Part shown: in pieces, positions 1 to 13,630 of the stretch
Position numbering within the stretch: the first letter of the stretch is position 1
Layout: every line of letters starts with the position of its first letter
From: Schmidtea polychroa
Taxonomy: Eukaryota
Reading direction: 5' to 3'
Assembly: GCA_044892525.1 (NCBI GenBank)
Contig: CM097885.1
Location: 244,900,001 to 244,964,000, forward strand
Length of the DNA: 64,000 bases
Made by a program: the position numbers and the translations under genes
Notes under the pieces: generated by a model
What the model saw: the letters and a program-made list of their open reading frames with translations, nothing else
The model's database searches: none
What the model was told of the DNA's origin: nothing

Positions 1-174
1 AGTAATGAATAATTTCCTCACTTTAATGAAGATTCTTACCACCTTCATTGTTAATTTTATCAAAGTTTAAAGAATATTTCTCCTTTCATTGCTTACCACT
101 TTAGAATTTTTATCAAAATTTATGATAATTTGACTGATTCAATGAAAAATTTGAATGAGTTAATTAATATATAC

Positions 175-1833
175 TGTTGGTTACTTAGGGGTGTGTCCTT
201 TTTACAATTTAAAATACGTTAGGGGTAATCATAATCGTTCGACTCTTTCCTAAGCACCTCCATGACTATTGCAATTTAAACCATTTGTGTACCCATGGCG
301 ACGACCATGTTGGTACTGTACACAAAGGTGAAAAAACAATGAGCAGGTGAGCTCTATTACTAAAACTACTCCCCATTGGATTTTCTTTTCGGGTTCTAGA
401 CTGCCGATAGAAGGTCTTACGTCCTTATTCACTATATATGCTATTTTTGGATAGATGTTGGTCCTCAATTACGGGTATTTTTAATTGTTCTCTTATAAAA
501 TTTTGTGCAGGGATCCGTCCTTATTTCCCAGCTAGTAATTATTGTTCTACACTTCCTACAATATTTAAATTATCCTTTGAAAAATTTGCGCAGGGATTGG
601 CCCTTATTTTCAAGTTAATCCACACTTGCCATAATATTTAAATTGTTCTTCAAAGATTTTGAGCAGGGATCTGCCTGTGTTTCTAATCCTGAGCTGTCGG
701 AAAAATTACATAAATCTAACTTTATCCATCTTCAACTGGTCTCAACTATTCCATCTTTACTCCTAACTCACTTATGTCTATAAAACATAAAGGCGACTAA
801 GCCACCTACATTATCTAAATCTAAATAAAATCCTAAACGACCTAAAATGACATTACACTCCCAAATCATTCCTATCACTATCACTGTCCTCTAACTCGAT
901 GGACTCAACCGGCGAAATATCTGCCGACCAACAGCACGTAGTGCCGCCCGTCCACAAACTTTTCCCCAGCCCAGACCATCGACACAATCAACAAATAATA
1001 TAATTGAATTCAATAAAAACTATGATTTAGAATAAATGAATTTAAACCATTAAAAAGGATCACTAAAGAAAATTTAACCGAAACATTAATAGCATATAAA
1101 ATTTATTAATTAAAATACTCCATAAAAATTACAGAAAACAATAACAAATAAATTACCACATCCACGTTGGCATAAAATCGAAACTGAGAGTTCTGCAAAT
1201 TAAGTGGCTATGTTGGAAAAAGTGAGAGAGTGTTTTTCAATTGAATTTGTGATCAGTATTTATACTGATTTTGAATGCGTACTCTATCCAATCAGAGTGC
1301 GAGAATTATTGAATTGATTTTGCACACATGCATGAATGTGTGTAATTATTTATTTGTTTTAATTTCATAAATTTAATTAATTTCTTATTTAATTTTTATT
1401 AATTTTAATTTTACAAATTTTATAATTTAACTAATTTGAGTAATATTAATTTTTATTAATTTAAACATTTTTATTCTTTAAATTTAATAAGTTAAATAAC
1501 CATTTAATTCTATAAACTTTACAATTTACATAATGCTAATTAATTTTATTATTTTTGACGAATAATTTTTATATTGTTTAAATAATTTTCAACTAATTCC
1601 ATTTTCTATTTTATTATTTTTCTATTTAAATTTTTAAGTGTTGAATTTTCTGTTAAATTTATTTATCTCTTTATTCTATTATACGGGGTTTATTGATTCT
1701 TAATGTGTAATGTAGTTTATTTTATTTATTTTAAATTAAACCTTGGTCATAAATTTTTTCAACTTTGCGGTTTTTGTGTTAGGTATTTTCGATCGATTAA
1801 AACAAACTCTCAGTTTTCGTTTTCAGCCCAACA
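175..1833 (-). repeat. 3' LTR of element A (1659 bp)
   Basis: Starts tgttggttac, ends cagcccaaca; near-identical to 14801-16455. Confidence 0.92.
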
Positions 1834-2861
1834 AATCACTCCGGGACCCGTTAAAATTGCGTCCTGCAATTCTGTTAGACATATGAATTTCCCAGGTCAT
1901 AGTCTATTACATTCCCATTAACCTATAAACATACTATAATAGTTTAAGACATGTTAGAATTCAATTAGCAGAAAAAGGTCTAAGCTCAAATTCAAGCAGT
2001 TGCCACATACAGTGACTGGTCATAATACACATACATACTGATACAGTGTCCAAACTCAATTACGAGTCATATGCAAAAGTTTTATTTCTGGATCAATTCT
2101 TCAGTTGGTTGTTTCTTATCTTTTCTGGGTTCGGTTTTCAATCTTTCGGCTGGGTTTTGTAGGCATGTTTGATTCCTGTTGTTGATTTTCATAATTAGCT
2201 CGTAATACTTACTGAAGATCATAGGATTCTCTCTATCGGGGTTTGACTGTTTTCCCATATTCTCTTTGGATTTTTAGGTTGGGATTCTGATTTTCTGGAT
2301 CATTTGATGGTATTGACGGACCTTGCTCCAGGGTTTTTGGAACTTTTGTTCAACTGGGTGATTTGACACATTGATTTTTCTTTTGGTTTTTCTTGGTGGT
2401 TTTGTTTACGGTATTGCTCTTATTAAGGGGTTTTCTTCCTCTAGTGGGTAACTTGAATTATTTTCGATTTTGGTCTAAGTTCGCTTGATTTGATTAAGTT
2501 TCTAATGTCACTGGGTCTGTGACTTTCGTCTCATTTATCAGGATCTTTTACCGTTCTTTGTTTAGGGGTTCCAAATTAGGTATTATTTTTAGATATTCGT
2601 TTAACTCATTCTTTCTAGGTTTGCATCTTTATGTTTCTTCTGGATTTATATTCTTTCTTCTCATTTGAGCCTCTGTTCTCCTTTACCATTGTAAGGGTTC
2701 AAATTTTGTATTTTTCCCAACTGATTACTTGATCCATTTCTATTTATACATCGATCTTTTGCCACATTATACATCAATTTATACATATACATCTAGTACA
2801 TTTAGTTTGCTATTTATACATCAATTTTTACATATGTTCACTTCCTTTTTACTATTTTCAT

Positions 2862-5413
2862 CTACACTTCCTCTTTAATTTCCACTACATCCTTTGGACT
2901 ACCCTTCTGCTTTTCCTTGGCTGTCATCATTTGTGTCTCTTCTGCCATATCTTTACATTTTTCTTGATTACTCGTTATTTCATTGATTCTTAATTCGGCT
3001 GACCTTGCTTCTTCTTTTAGTCGGAGTATAGTTGTCTTGAGTACTTCATTTTCTCTTGTTCTGTTTTCTGCAACCTTTCTCCATATCATTATCAATTCAT
3101 CCTGTCTCGTTTCTTTTACAACTAGTTCCATTATTAACCTGCACTGTTCCACACATTGTCTCCTCAATTCCTCGTATGCGTTGGGTTTCACCTGTTCCTT
3201 CACGTCATTTGTCCGTCTCTGTACATTTGTCGACTGTTGTTTTATTAGCATTGGAGATTGGTCTTTTCTAATTTCTGGATGATAAATTCTGTTTTCGACA
3301 TATTTTTTATTGTTCTGTTCTGTGACGTATTCTCGTGACTGATCTCTCACTGGGTTTGTCCCATTTGGACAGTTATTGACTAAATGTCCAGTTCTTTTAC
3401 ATTCGTAACACCTCTTTATGCGGCGATATTTATTTTTTCTGTGCTCATTTTTCTGATAATTCCCATACGTCTTATCGAAGAACCGATAGCGCTCATTGTG
3501 TCCTTGTGGTTGGTATTTGTTCCCGTAATTGTTTGTACTCGCGTCCCATTCGATATCTGGTTCGCACCCGCTTTCAATTTTTAACGTGTTTATGTCATGG
3601 TACTTTTCTTGCGTTTTTTCATTATTTCGTTTTTCGTGATTTTCGCCATTCTTCGATTCGCGCTTTTCCGGGATTACTGCAATTCCAACCTGACTATCGA
3701 TGCCGGTATAATCTCTCTGATTGTCCTCAAATGTTTTTATGTTTTGATGGTCTAATATTACCTGTTCCAGTTTTTCAATTATTTCGCTTTCGATCCTTGA
3801 GTCCGGAATTTTTTGTAAATCTATTTCGTTGCTCGTTATCATTCTCATCATATTGATTTGTATTACTCTTTTTTGTTCTCTTTCCCATATTCCTTTTATC
3901 TTTTCCCTCTGGTTGTCGTTGGTGGTTAGTCTCATTATATCCAATTTTAAAAGTTCTTCCTTTCTCGTTCTCCAATATTTTTCTTCTCTTCTTGCCTGAG
4001 GTTCTTTTCGTTTACTCCATCTTTCTTCCGCTTCTCGTGCTTCCGCGATCTGTAAGGTATTCCATTCTCGTTGTTGTTTTGTTCGGATATTTTGAATTTG
4101 TAATGTGCCTCCCACACATTGTAATACATTTATTCTTGATTGTTGTTTTCCTTCCGCTTGAAACTGATAATCGATCATGTTACTGCACAGTCCTGTGAGA
4201 ATTGTTATTTGATTTTGCATTTCAGCTAGTTGCTTTGCTGACGTATCCCTATTGTCACTCCGTTGTTGGTTTCTTTTATTCTTACATGCAACTGCTAGAT
4301 GGTCTCCTTGTCCGCACGAGAAACATTTTTTGGATACTCCACATCTTACTGCGGTATGTCCTTTCTTACCGCAATTCCAACATCTTCTTTGCCCATGACA
4401 TTCATCGAGCCAGTGTCCTTGCCTCTTGCAGTTATTACAAAACTTTCCAATGTTTCCATTATTCGACCTCTTGCTTTTGTTGTCATTTTCGTTTCTTCGA
4501 TTATTGTTGTTATGACTCCACTGTCTGTGGTGCTGGGGTTGATTATCTGCGATAGGCCTCCTACTTGGTGGTTGTGTTACTTTGGTATACATTTCGCTTA
4601 CATTCGCTGCCTCTACTGCTTCGTCCAGCGTCTTGCAGATTTTGCATCCGACTACACCTTTAATGTCATCTCGTCGCAATCCTTTTACAAATTGGATTAC
4701 TAGTTGTGTTTCCATATCCTTTTCACTGAACAGCGGTTTGGCTAGACGTCTTAGTGCGCTGGCGTAAAGTATATTTGATTCATTCACTGCTTGTCCTCGA
4801 TTGAAGAATTCTAGAAATTTGTATTGTGCATCTTTTGCTTCTCCAAATGTTTTTATCAGAGCTTCCTTAATTTCTTTCCAGGTTTTTAGTGGGGTTGTAC
4901 ACTCTTTTATTCCGACGTACCAATTAAACGCGTCATCTGCTAGATATAGTGGGAGTCTTCTCACTATCATTTCGTTTGTCCATTTTAGAGCATCGCAATA
5001 AGATTCAAAATGTTTGATAGTTTGTTCGGTTTTCCGTCGTATTTTTCGCCATTACATTTTCCCTGGAAATTGGGTATCTCCATTTCACTGAGTTTCTTGT
5101 TGATCGCTTCCATTTGGGCTGTTGTATCTACCATCTCTAATTGTATTCTTTTTCCGTTTGTCTTTTCTTTTATTAGGTTTATGTCACTTTTATTATTTCT
5201 GTTTTCAGATAGAGTTTTTCCTTCCTGAGGTTCTGATACGCGTATTACGCTTCTTGGCCTATTGTTTTCGAAATCCTTTTCACTGCTTCCTTTTATGGAT
5301 CGACCTTTGGTCTTTGAGATGTCTTTTTGATTTTGCTTTTCGATTTCTTGTGCTTTCGTGGGTTTAGTAGTTCGTCTTCCTTTCTTTGCAACTTTTAATT
5401 CTTCTTCTTTCAA
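2862..5413 (-). pseudogene. Retrotransposon Gag-like protein (capsid-like region, 4 CCHC knuckles, coiled-coil tail), split by a 1-nt frameshift near 5020-5055
   Basis: ORF 4985-5413 ends IPNFQGK..YDGK. The neighbouring frame continues HFESYCDALKWTNEMIVRRLPLYLADDAFNWY into ORF 2862-4970. Knuckles: CNNCKRQGHWLDEC, CWNCGKKGHTAVRC, CFSCGQGDHLAVAC, CYECKRTGHLVNNC. Confidence 0.85.
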
Positions 5414-6406
5414 TAAACTTGGTTCTATTATTAACTGTTTTGATCTGGTATGCTTTGTTATTGGTTCAATATTTCCGAACTTGGCTTAATTGTTTGACAA
5501 TAACTTCTAGTTGGTTGCTGATACTTGGCTGTTGGCTTGATTGATTGATTTACCTGAATAGAAAAATATCACTTCTCCCTATCGTTTATTATATTTATAA
5601 ATTGTAATATATATATTATATAGTGCAATTGCAATATTTTTACTTTGGTTTCTTTGGGTGCCGGCATATCTTAATATTCATTTCGTCGTTAGTTTTGTTT
5701 ACACATTGGTTCTCAAATTCCTACGTAATTTTTTCGATCCTTCTTATTTAATTCACACTCCTTTTCTTCGTTTCTATAGTTTTCTCTACTTTAACTGTCT
5801 TTTTTCCTTGGCTTATCTCTATCTATTGACTTACATTACTTGTATTCTTGTTTCTATCTTAGTTTTCTTCATTGATGTAGTCTTTATTCTGTTCATGTTT
5901 GTTTCCGATTTTTATCATTTCCTCCGTTTACCTTATTGGTCGTCCTTTATATCTCTCTTTTTCCATTATCGTTACCACTTTTTAGACTTATTTATTATTC
6001 TTGACTCGGTTCTCCATTATTCATTCTATATTCTCATCTATTCTCCTACACGGTTGTCTATTTTCAATTCGTTTTTCGTCTTTTTCCTTCACGATCTTAT
6101 TTATTTTCAGTTATATATCTGTCAATGACTTCGGCTGTATTCTCATTTATATTCCCGTCTATGTTTCTTTCTAGGTACTCATCTATATTCTCGTTTATCT
6201 TTCCTTTTACCTTCTCATCTATATTTACGTCTGTTATTTCCGTTTATTATTCGTAGTTATTATTCTCGTTTATATTCGCGTCTATGTTTCTTTCCAGGTA
6301 CTCATCTATATTCTCGTTTATCTTTCCTTTTACATTCTCGTCTATATTCACGCCTGTTATTTCCGTTCCTATTCGTAGCCATTATTCTCATTTATATTCG
6401 TATCTC

Positions 6407-6763
6407 TTATTCGCATCTATTATTTGCATCTATTATTCGCATCTATTATTCGAATCTATTATTCGCATCTATTATTCGCATCTATTATTCGCATCTATTA
6501 TTCGCATCTATTATTCGCATCTATTATTCGCATCTATTATTCGCATCTATTATTCGCATCTATTATTCGCATCTATTATTCGCATCTATTATTCGCATCT
6601 ATTATTCGCATCTATTATTCGCATCTATTATTCGCATCTATTATTCGCATCTATTATTCGCATCTATTATTCGCATCTATTATTCGCATCTATTATTCGC
6701 ATCTATTATTCGCATCTATTATTCGCATCTATTATTCGCATCTATTATTCGCATCTATTATTC
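6407..6763. repeat. 13-bp tandem repeat (CGCATCTATTATT)n, about 27 copies
   Basis: Directly visible near-perfect array inside element A. Confidence 0.95.
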
Positions 6764-9356
6764 GTCTACTGGTTATCTTATGAATTTAGTCTTTAAGCTC
6801 TAATTGTTTCTCTTTACTTCGCTTTGTCTTTTTCCAGTTACTTGGTCTTCCTTTTATTTCTCCTGCATGCTTCTTTTTACTACTGTTCCAGGTTTTCCCC
6901 ACTCTCCTGACTCTGGATGCGAAACACTCGCACTGGTCGATCTCCGATCGTGTGGTGATCAGTCACACGCAGAGATGTTCCAGTATATGCGATGGGCCCT
7001 GTTCCACATCTTTCGTCAGAACAGTTGGTACTTTCCTGGTCTTATCCGTACTACGCTGAGCGTAGCTCATAGGTTGTGGATGTCCTAAATCCTAACAGAA
7101 AAAATTTCCTTATTCATTTGCTCTCAATTTTCGTAATACTTTATTCTCATTTTTACGTCGTGCTCTTAATCTACTTATCTCGATTACTCTTGGTCCTTCT
7201 TCATTATTCTAAATATATCCACGTCTCTTGTCTACTTAACGTCTTATTGCTATCGCTTTTACTCTTACCGCTTTGGTTGACTTGTTTCTCGATAATATGC
7301 TCACTATTTCCTAAGGCAGATCCCTCTCGCATTACTCGTAATATTAGTTTATCCATTTTATTCGTTACCCTTCTATTCGTTAATGGTTTATTTACGAAAC
7401 ATCCCTGCTCAATTTTGTAATTTATCGCTTCCGTATTTGTATATTTTCCTCAGCTTTGATTTTTTTTTATGTGACCTCTCACTGATTTCCCCGTCATAAT
7501 GTTTCTCATTTCGTATATTTTACTTTTTCAAAATTTGTTTGTTGTTTTTCTGTTTATGGGCCTCGTTGTTCCACTCCCTGTATTTTATATTTTTACTTAT
7601 TTCCGCATCTATTTGCTATTTTACTTTTGGCGCGTAACTTTGATTGGTCATTTATTTTCATTATCTCATTTAATTGTTTATCTATGTCTACATATACACG
7701 CATATACTTATACATATACCCTTATCCATAAACATATATTCATATACATATATCCACCTATATCTGGATATCTACATCTGTACGCATTTCTCCCTAGCTG
7801 TTCCTGGAGTGGTTGATATTATTGTTTCTATTATTTCTGAATTTATTCAAATTTATCATTGAAATTCCCACGATTGTATCTTTTTGTTTCGTAATAAAAG
7901 TAGACAGTCCGTTCGTTTTTCATTATTGTAACTTTTTGCTCCATAGTAAAAGTAGGCAGTATGTTCGTTTTCCATAACTAAAACTTTTGTTCAATGTTTC
8001 TAATTGGTCTCATTTTTGTTAGTGTCTCTTGTTATTCTAATTTTCCGTGTCATGATGTTAAGCTTTCACTTTTGTTCTATTATATTGTATCGCGTTTCAT
8101 TTTATATTTGTTGTTTCTCGTAATTTTGATTTTTCATTCAAATGTCTTTGACCTTGCTTTCTTTCTGTGAATTTGTTACTTATTGTTTCCTGTTTGTTCA
8201 TTTCGTTTTGTGTTTTCCTTGTCATTTTTATCGCGTTTATTTATTCACATTCTATTTTGATATATGTGCGCTCTTCATTTTCTGTCAATCATGTTTTTGT
8301 ATAATTTTTCCCGATTGTTCCTATTATTGCTCATGTCCATTTTGACTTTCATATTGGTCTCCCGTTTGTTGTTATCTTAGTTTGTAGTTTGTTCTCATTT
8401 TCCTCCGCGTCTTCGCCAAATGTCGTCCCCGACATTCATTATTTGATTTATTTATTATCTTGTGTTCTCTCGGTTCTCACTATTTTGTTCTCGTGTCCTC
8501 TCTACAATATTTGCCAAACGTCCATTTCTCTGATTGATTTTCCTTACTCTTAAATAAGCGTAGATTTTGATGTTTTGATTTTTCGCATTATTTTATCTTT
8601 GTTTATGGTGATCGGTCCTCTACTTTTATTATATATCATTTTGGTTGGGGTGTATATACCGATATATGCAATTTTTTATATACGATTAGTCCTCTTTTTG
8701 GCACTCAGTTCTGCCATTACCATCTCTTTTCGATGTTATGACCATACTAATAGTTCGTTGTGTTTTTCTCCTTTACGCAAAATACAGATACCGCTTCTGC
8801 TCATTCCCCCTCCCTCTCGGAATAGTTTACTCATCATCTTATAACAATTTTCAATGAATACTATGCTGGATTTATTGAACTATTTGTACTTCATCTTCAG
8901 CTCCCTGCATTTTCCTTTTCCCGTTTCCTTTTCCCGTCTGATATTCTCCGTTACATTCTGACCATATCTTTCTCTCTTTGTTTTCCTCAGCTTTCTTAGT
9001 AGTTCATTTCTTGCATTTGGCTTTATCATTAGAGTTGTTCTATTTCTCTTTACCTTAGTTCAATTTTTCCTCTCTGGTCCTTGATTATTCTCTCACGACC
9101 AAATTCGTTGTTCAAATTTTCGATTAGATTGTTCCTCCATGAGATTCCTTGCTTCTGTGTAGCTAATGTTATTTACGATAATATGACGCCTTTCTGCTTC
9201 CATATTTCTCCTGTGGCGGTATTGGGATTGATTTCCGTTGTGATCCGTTTCATTCTATTAATTCACCTACATTGATTCCTAATCTTTTATCTGAATTTTA
9301 CTACATTTTATTTCCCAAAGTTATATACTAATTATACCGCGCTGATATATATATCT

Positions 9357-9360
<4 letters not shown>

Positions 9361-9428
<68 letters not shown>
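9361..9428. repeat. (AT)n microsatellite
   Basis: Pure AT run of about 34 units. Confidence 0.95.
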
Positions 9429-9431
<3 letters not shown>

Positions 9432-12231
9432 TATATAATCATATACCTTTATATATTCATTGTTCACAGTATATATAGTCATCACCCTTTCTATGTATGT
9501 GGGTTCGTAATTCGTGATACTTTCTAGATCTCTCCCCACTGTTCTTAGTTTAGTGTTCTGTACTCTTTCATTTATTGTATATTTCACCCGTCTGGTTCTA
9601 ATTGTTTCCAATGCTCTATCGTTGACGTTGGATAATTTTTCATACTTCTTTCCGGTTATTAATATGAGCATCGTACGTATAACTGTCTTGTATATTCATA
9701 TTACTTTGGCTAACCTTAGGCTTCCTGGTTTCTTTCGCTGGATCATTTGTCGATATCCACCACGTTATTCCGGTGTCTTGTGTATTTATTTTCATTAATT
9801 TCTGTATTTATTTTGTTAACTTCCTGAGCCGTTCTACATAAATTTTTAAAATTCATTTTCTACATATCCATTGATGTCTGTGATGTTCGCCTATTTTGCA
9901 ACGTTGTCCAGTCACTTTTAATTTAGTTCTTGTGCCTTTGACACGGGGATTTTCGATTTTCTTCTGCTCACTTTTATACTGTGATTGTTATTGATGGAGT
10001 ATTCGCGATTGTCATTAGTTCAGTTCTCAAACAGTTTTTCTTTTCATTTGTCTTGCAGCCACGTTCGGTTCTTACTTTCATTCATTTACTTAACGCTTTT
10101 ATTTATTCTATGTTGATGACAAGTAGCTATCAGTATACCAATGATGTTTCGATGCCTTTCATTGTATTTACTTCCTAGTCTCCTTTCATAGATTTTGTTG
10201 CCCCGCTCGGTTTCGCTCGATCTACAAACCTCTTGGTATGTTTCTTTCTCCAGTACGGTGTTCACTCGGAAGAATGGGCGGGCACTATCCTTTTCACAAT
10301 ATTACTCATTTTGAATTAGCATTTGCAGAAGCATTCGTTTTGTTTGATATTCGGTGTTTTATTATTTGTTGTGCTTTGCTATATTTGAATGTTCGTTTAA
10401 TTATCTTTTGCTGTTCCTATTTCCCATTTTACCACAATGTATTTTGACATCTTTGGATACTATTCCCGATTTACCGATGGATAAAGAAGGTAATGTGATG
10501 TGGTCAGCACCAAAATCATTCCCTTTCAAACTCTAACGCTATATTCATGTCACTCAAACAACCCCATACCTGCCTTTCCAGACGCATTCAATACTTACAC
10601 CGAGTTACAATAGACAATCATCCCATCTTCATTTTCTTATACATCACTCTATCCATCTACCAATTTACTACTTCGGAAAAATCTTTTGAAAATTAATTAT
10701 CACCAATTCAGAAATATTTATTACCAAACTATTAGCACAATTTTCGAATACAAATTTTAATTTATTTTATTAACCATTAATTCTAATTAGTCTTCCTATT
10801 TATTAATTATCAGTTTGTTAAATTAAAACAAACGCATTCAATTTCAATCCAAAATGCATATACTAAGATATATTAATCAGACGAATTTAGTTATCCTGCG
10901 CAATGTCAAAACCAACGATTGGGATCCGCCAACTCTGAAACTCGATGACATAACCTAACACAACACCATAAAAGTACCTTAGGAAGCAACCTGATAACTC
11001 CCTGTGTTGGCACTATTCACCATTAACATTCGACAAATTATTGACACAAATATTACTAAGCACACAAACAACCAATCCTCAGTTACACCCGAACCAAACC
11101 GTCATTCAATCATGCGATCATTCATAACAAATTTAGCAGAAAAGAATTTTATATTTCCTTTTATCAACATTAACCTAACTTACTTATTCCATCATAACTA
11201 AAATTCCAATTTTTGAATTGATAAAAATCCAACCGAACCGAAATTCATTTTTATTCCATTCTTTTGATCCTATAGTCAGTGATACACGCATACATTATCC
11301 TTTTGATACGCACATTTTTGAATATTTTAACCAAGAACCTCCTCATCTACCCCTAAATCCAGAATATCAGAAAACATACTGACTATCCACGCATTGATGG
11401 ATTTGATTAGGGAAAAATTCAAATGGATATTCATTGATGGTTTTCATGTAAGATTTGATAGTCGCTCAAAGTTTTATTCGACATCGACAAAAACAACGAA
11501 ACGAACCGAGAGAAATTACAATGAATCGAAGAACTAATCAAATTTCCAGCATCATTTTCAAAAGTAAATATTCGAATCATTATTCCAATTGATAGACATG
11601 TTAACATCAATAAAAACAAATTCCATTTTCGTTTTGTAAATCTCATAAAATTTCAATTTCATCTGAACACTACAGCAATCATCCAAATGCAAAATACGAC
11701 GACCGCTCTGCGATTCATAAATAATCAATCAATGAAATTCGTTGAGAAAGCCGCTGAAGTAGCAAGCCTGTTCCGGTTGTGTTGCTGTTCACATAACACT
11801 AGCCGACAGTTCTTTGATATAATTGTCTCGACTATGCCAATCATCCTGCCTGCACTTGACCGACATTTCAATATGTCGTTCAGTGAATGTGAGAGATCTC
11901 TGAATATCTTCTAGTGTGTATGTGTACACGTGTGTGTGTAGAAATATCCAACTACGATTGTCAGATCTGTTTTTTATTTGTTGCCGATTATAATCGACAC
12001 ATCAAACGGACCGCCTACTTGATTGACAGATAAATTGGCGCCGCTCTTGAGTGGTCTCTCAATCAAACCGAAAATCTGCTCATTGACTCTATGAGAAAAT
12101 TTACAAATTGGACTTGTTGTGACAAATTGTGACAGGTCATGTCACACAAATTCGCACACTTACACACATTATGTCACCGCTGATGCGAAAACGTGTTGCT
12201 CAACAATTTATTTGATTGAATTTTTAATATA

Positions 12232-13630
12232 CACCTAACCGCGAAAGTTAACATTGTCTATAATATAAGTTGGTGTGCACACCACCTGAGGTGAGTCACC
12301 AATTATATGACAATGTTAACTTAATTTCATTTATTCAATTTTCCAAAATTCGTTTAAAGGTAAGTTTTTGAATTAAAGTAATTTTTAGGACTTGAATTTT
12401 GATTTTATATAATTATGAGATCATTATTCAAGTTCTTAAATATTACTGTTAGTCAGCATTTATAATATTGATAATATATAACAACGGTGGGCAAATGCGG
12501 CTCTTAGAGCCGCATGCGGCTCTTCGTTGAGTAAACTGCGGCTCTTTGATAATTGAATTTTTGATAATTGAATTTGAAAATTGAATTCGATTTTTTTATT
12601 TTGAAATTTTTTCAACTGAATTTTTAAAAAAAAATTTTTTGTTGCAATTGTATTTTCATGGTTAGTTCATTTTTACCTGTGTCACAAAATAGGTGTAAAC
12701 AGAATTAAAATTTATAGTGTCATTCGATGGCGGTATTTAGAATCAAAATTTAATATTTCCTTATTACATTCTACCTTGTTTGATTCTTTTTATAAGCAAT
12801 ATTTAAATAATACATGTCTCACTACACTATATACCAGGGGTGGGCAAGTGCGGCTCTTTGATGAGCCATGTGGCTCTCTAGGACCTCATGCGTGCCCACC
12901 CCTGATATATAACATTGATAATTAAATTTCAGGTGTTTTTTTAGGAATTTTATGGTATTTTATTTGGATTTATTTCGTAAAAATGTAAGTTAGATATTTT
13001 TATAATTATAAATAAGTAAAGTTATCACTAAACATTTATTTTTTAAAGACATTTAGTAAAGAATGGATAAAATATTTTTTAAGTTTTTGTAATCTTCTTT
13101 CGAATTTTGTCTATTTCTGTAATTCTATGAAAATATTAATTTGTTAAAATAATTTATTAAAATTTACGATTTGCGATTTTTTTCCTGCAAATTCAAAGAT
13201 GTCGAAGGATCTTCTTCAATATCTGTAAATCTAAAGAAATTTTATATTCTAAATTATTTTTTAATTAAATCTTACAATGTATTTACTTCTTTTTCCCTAA
13301 AGCTCAACGTAGAGCAGTCGGAATCTGATTCAAAAGTTTTTTTGTACATAATTTTTTAAATAATTTAAAAATATTGATATGTTGATTATATGTTAATCAA
13401 TCTGAATTTCGCATGAAAAACACTTTACTTAATTTTGTATGTATTTTTCATTATGTGTGCTGTGCTTGTATGCTTAATTATTTTCTCTAACTTTTTAGAT
13501 TCCTATAATAAATATGTTAAATTTCGCGGCATTGCATTTCTACACACAGGTAAGTTGGTGTGTTCCTATAATATATATTTATTGATTTTTTTTTTAGATT
13601 ATAGATAATGTTATATTTCGCGGTTAGGTG
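12232..13630. mobile_element. Non-autonomous TIR element with TA target duplication, nested in element A
   Basis: ta|CACCTAACCGCGAAAGTTAACATTGTCTATAAT at the left end. The reverse complement ATTATAGATAATGTTATATTTCGCGGTTAGGTG|ta is at the right end. Confidence 0.75.
12482..12904. mobile_element. hAT (Buster-type) MITE nested in the 12232-13630 element
   Basis: TIRs CAACGGTGGGCA / TGCCCACCCCTG; exact 8-bp TSD ATATATAA (12474-12481, 12905-12912); an extra internal TIR copy at 12835. Confidence 0.85.

Noticed and set aside
250-641. Small ORFs repeated at 14875-15266
   Set aside because: They lie inside the LTRs, have no domain-like features, and recur only because the LTR is duplicated.
5040-5070. 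Canonical -1 slippery heptamer G GGA AAA between the two Gag ORFs of element A
   Set aside because: The -1 frame hits TAA two codons later, so the Gag break is better explained by a 1-nt deletion.
6284-6796. ORFs with (IIRIYYSHLLFAS)n
   Set aside because: Translation artefact of the 13-bp tandem repeat.
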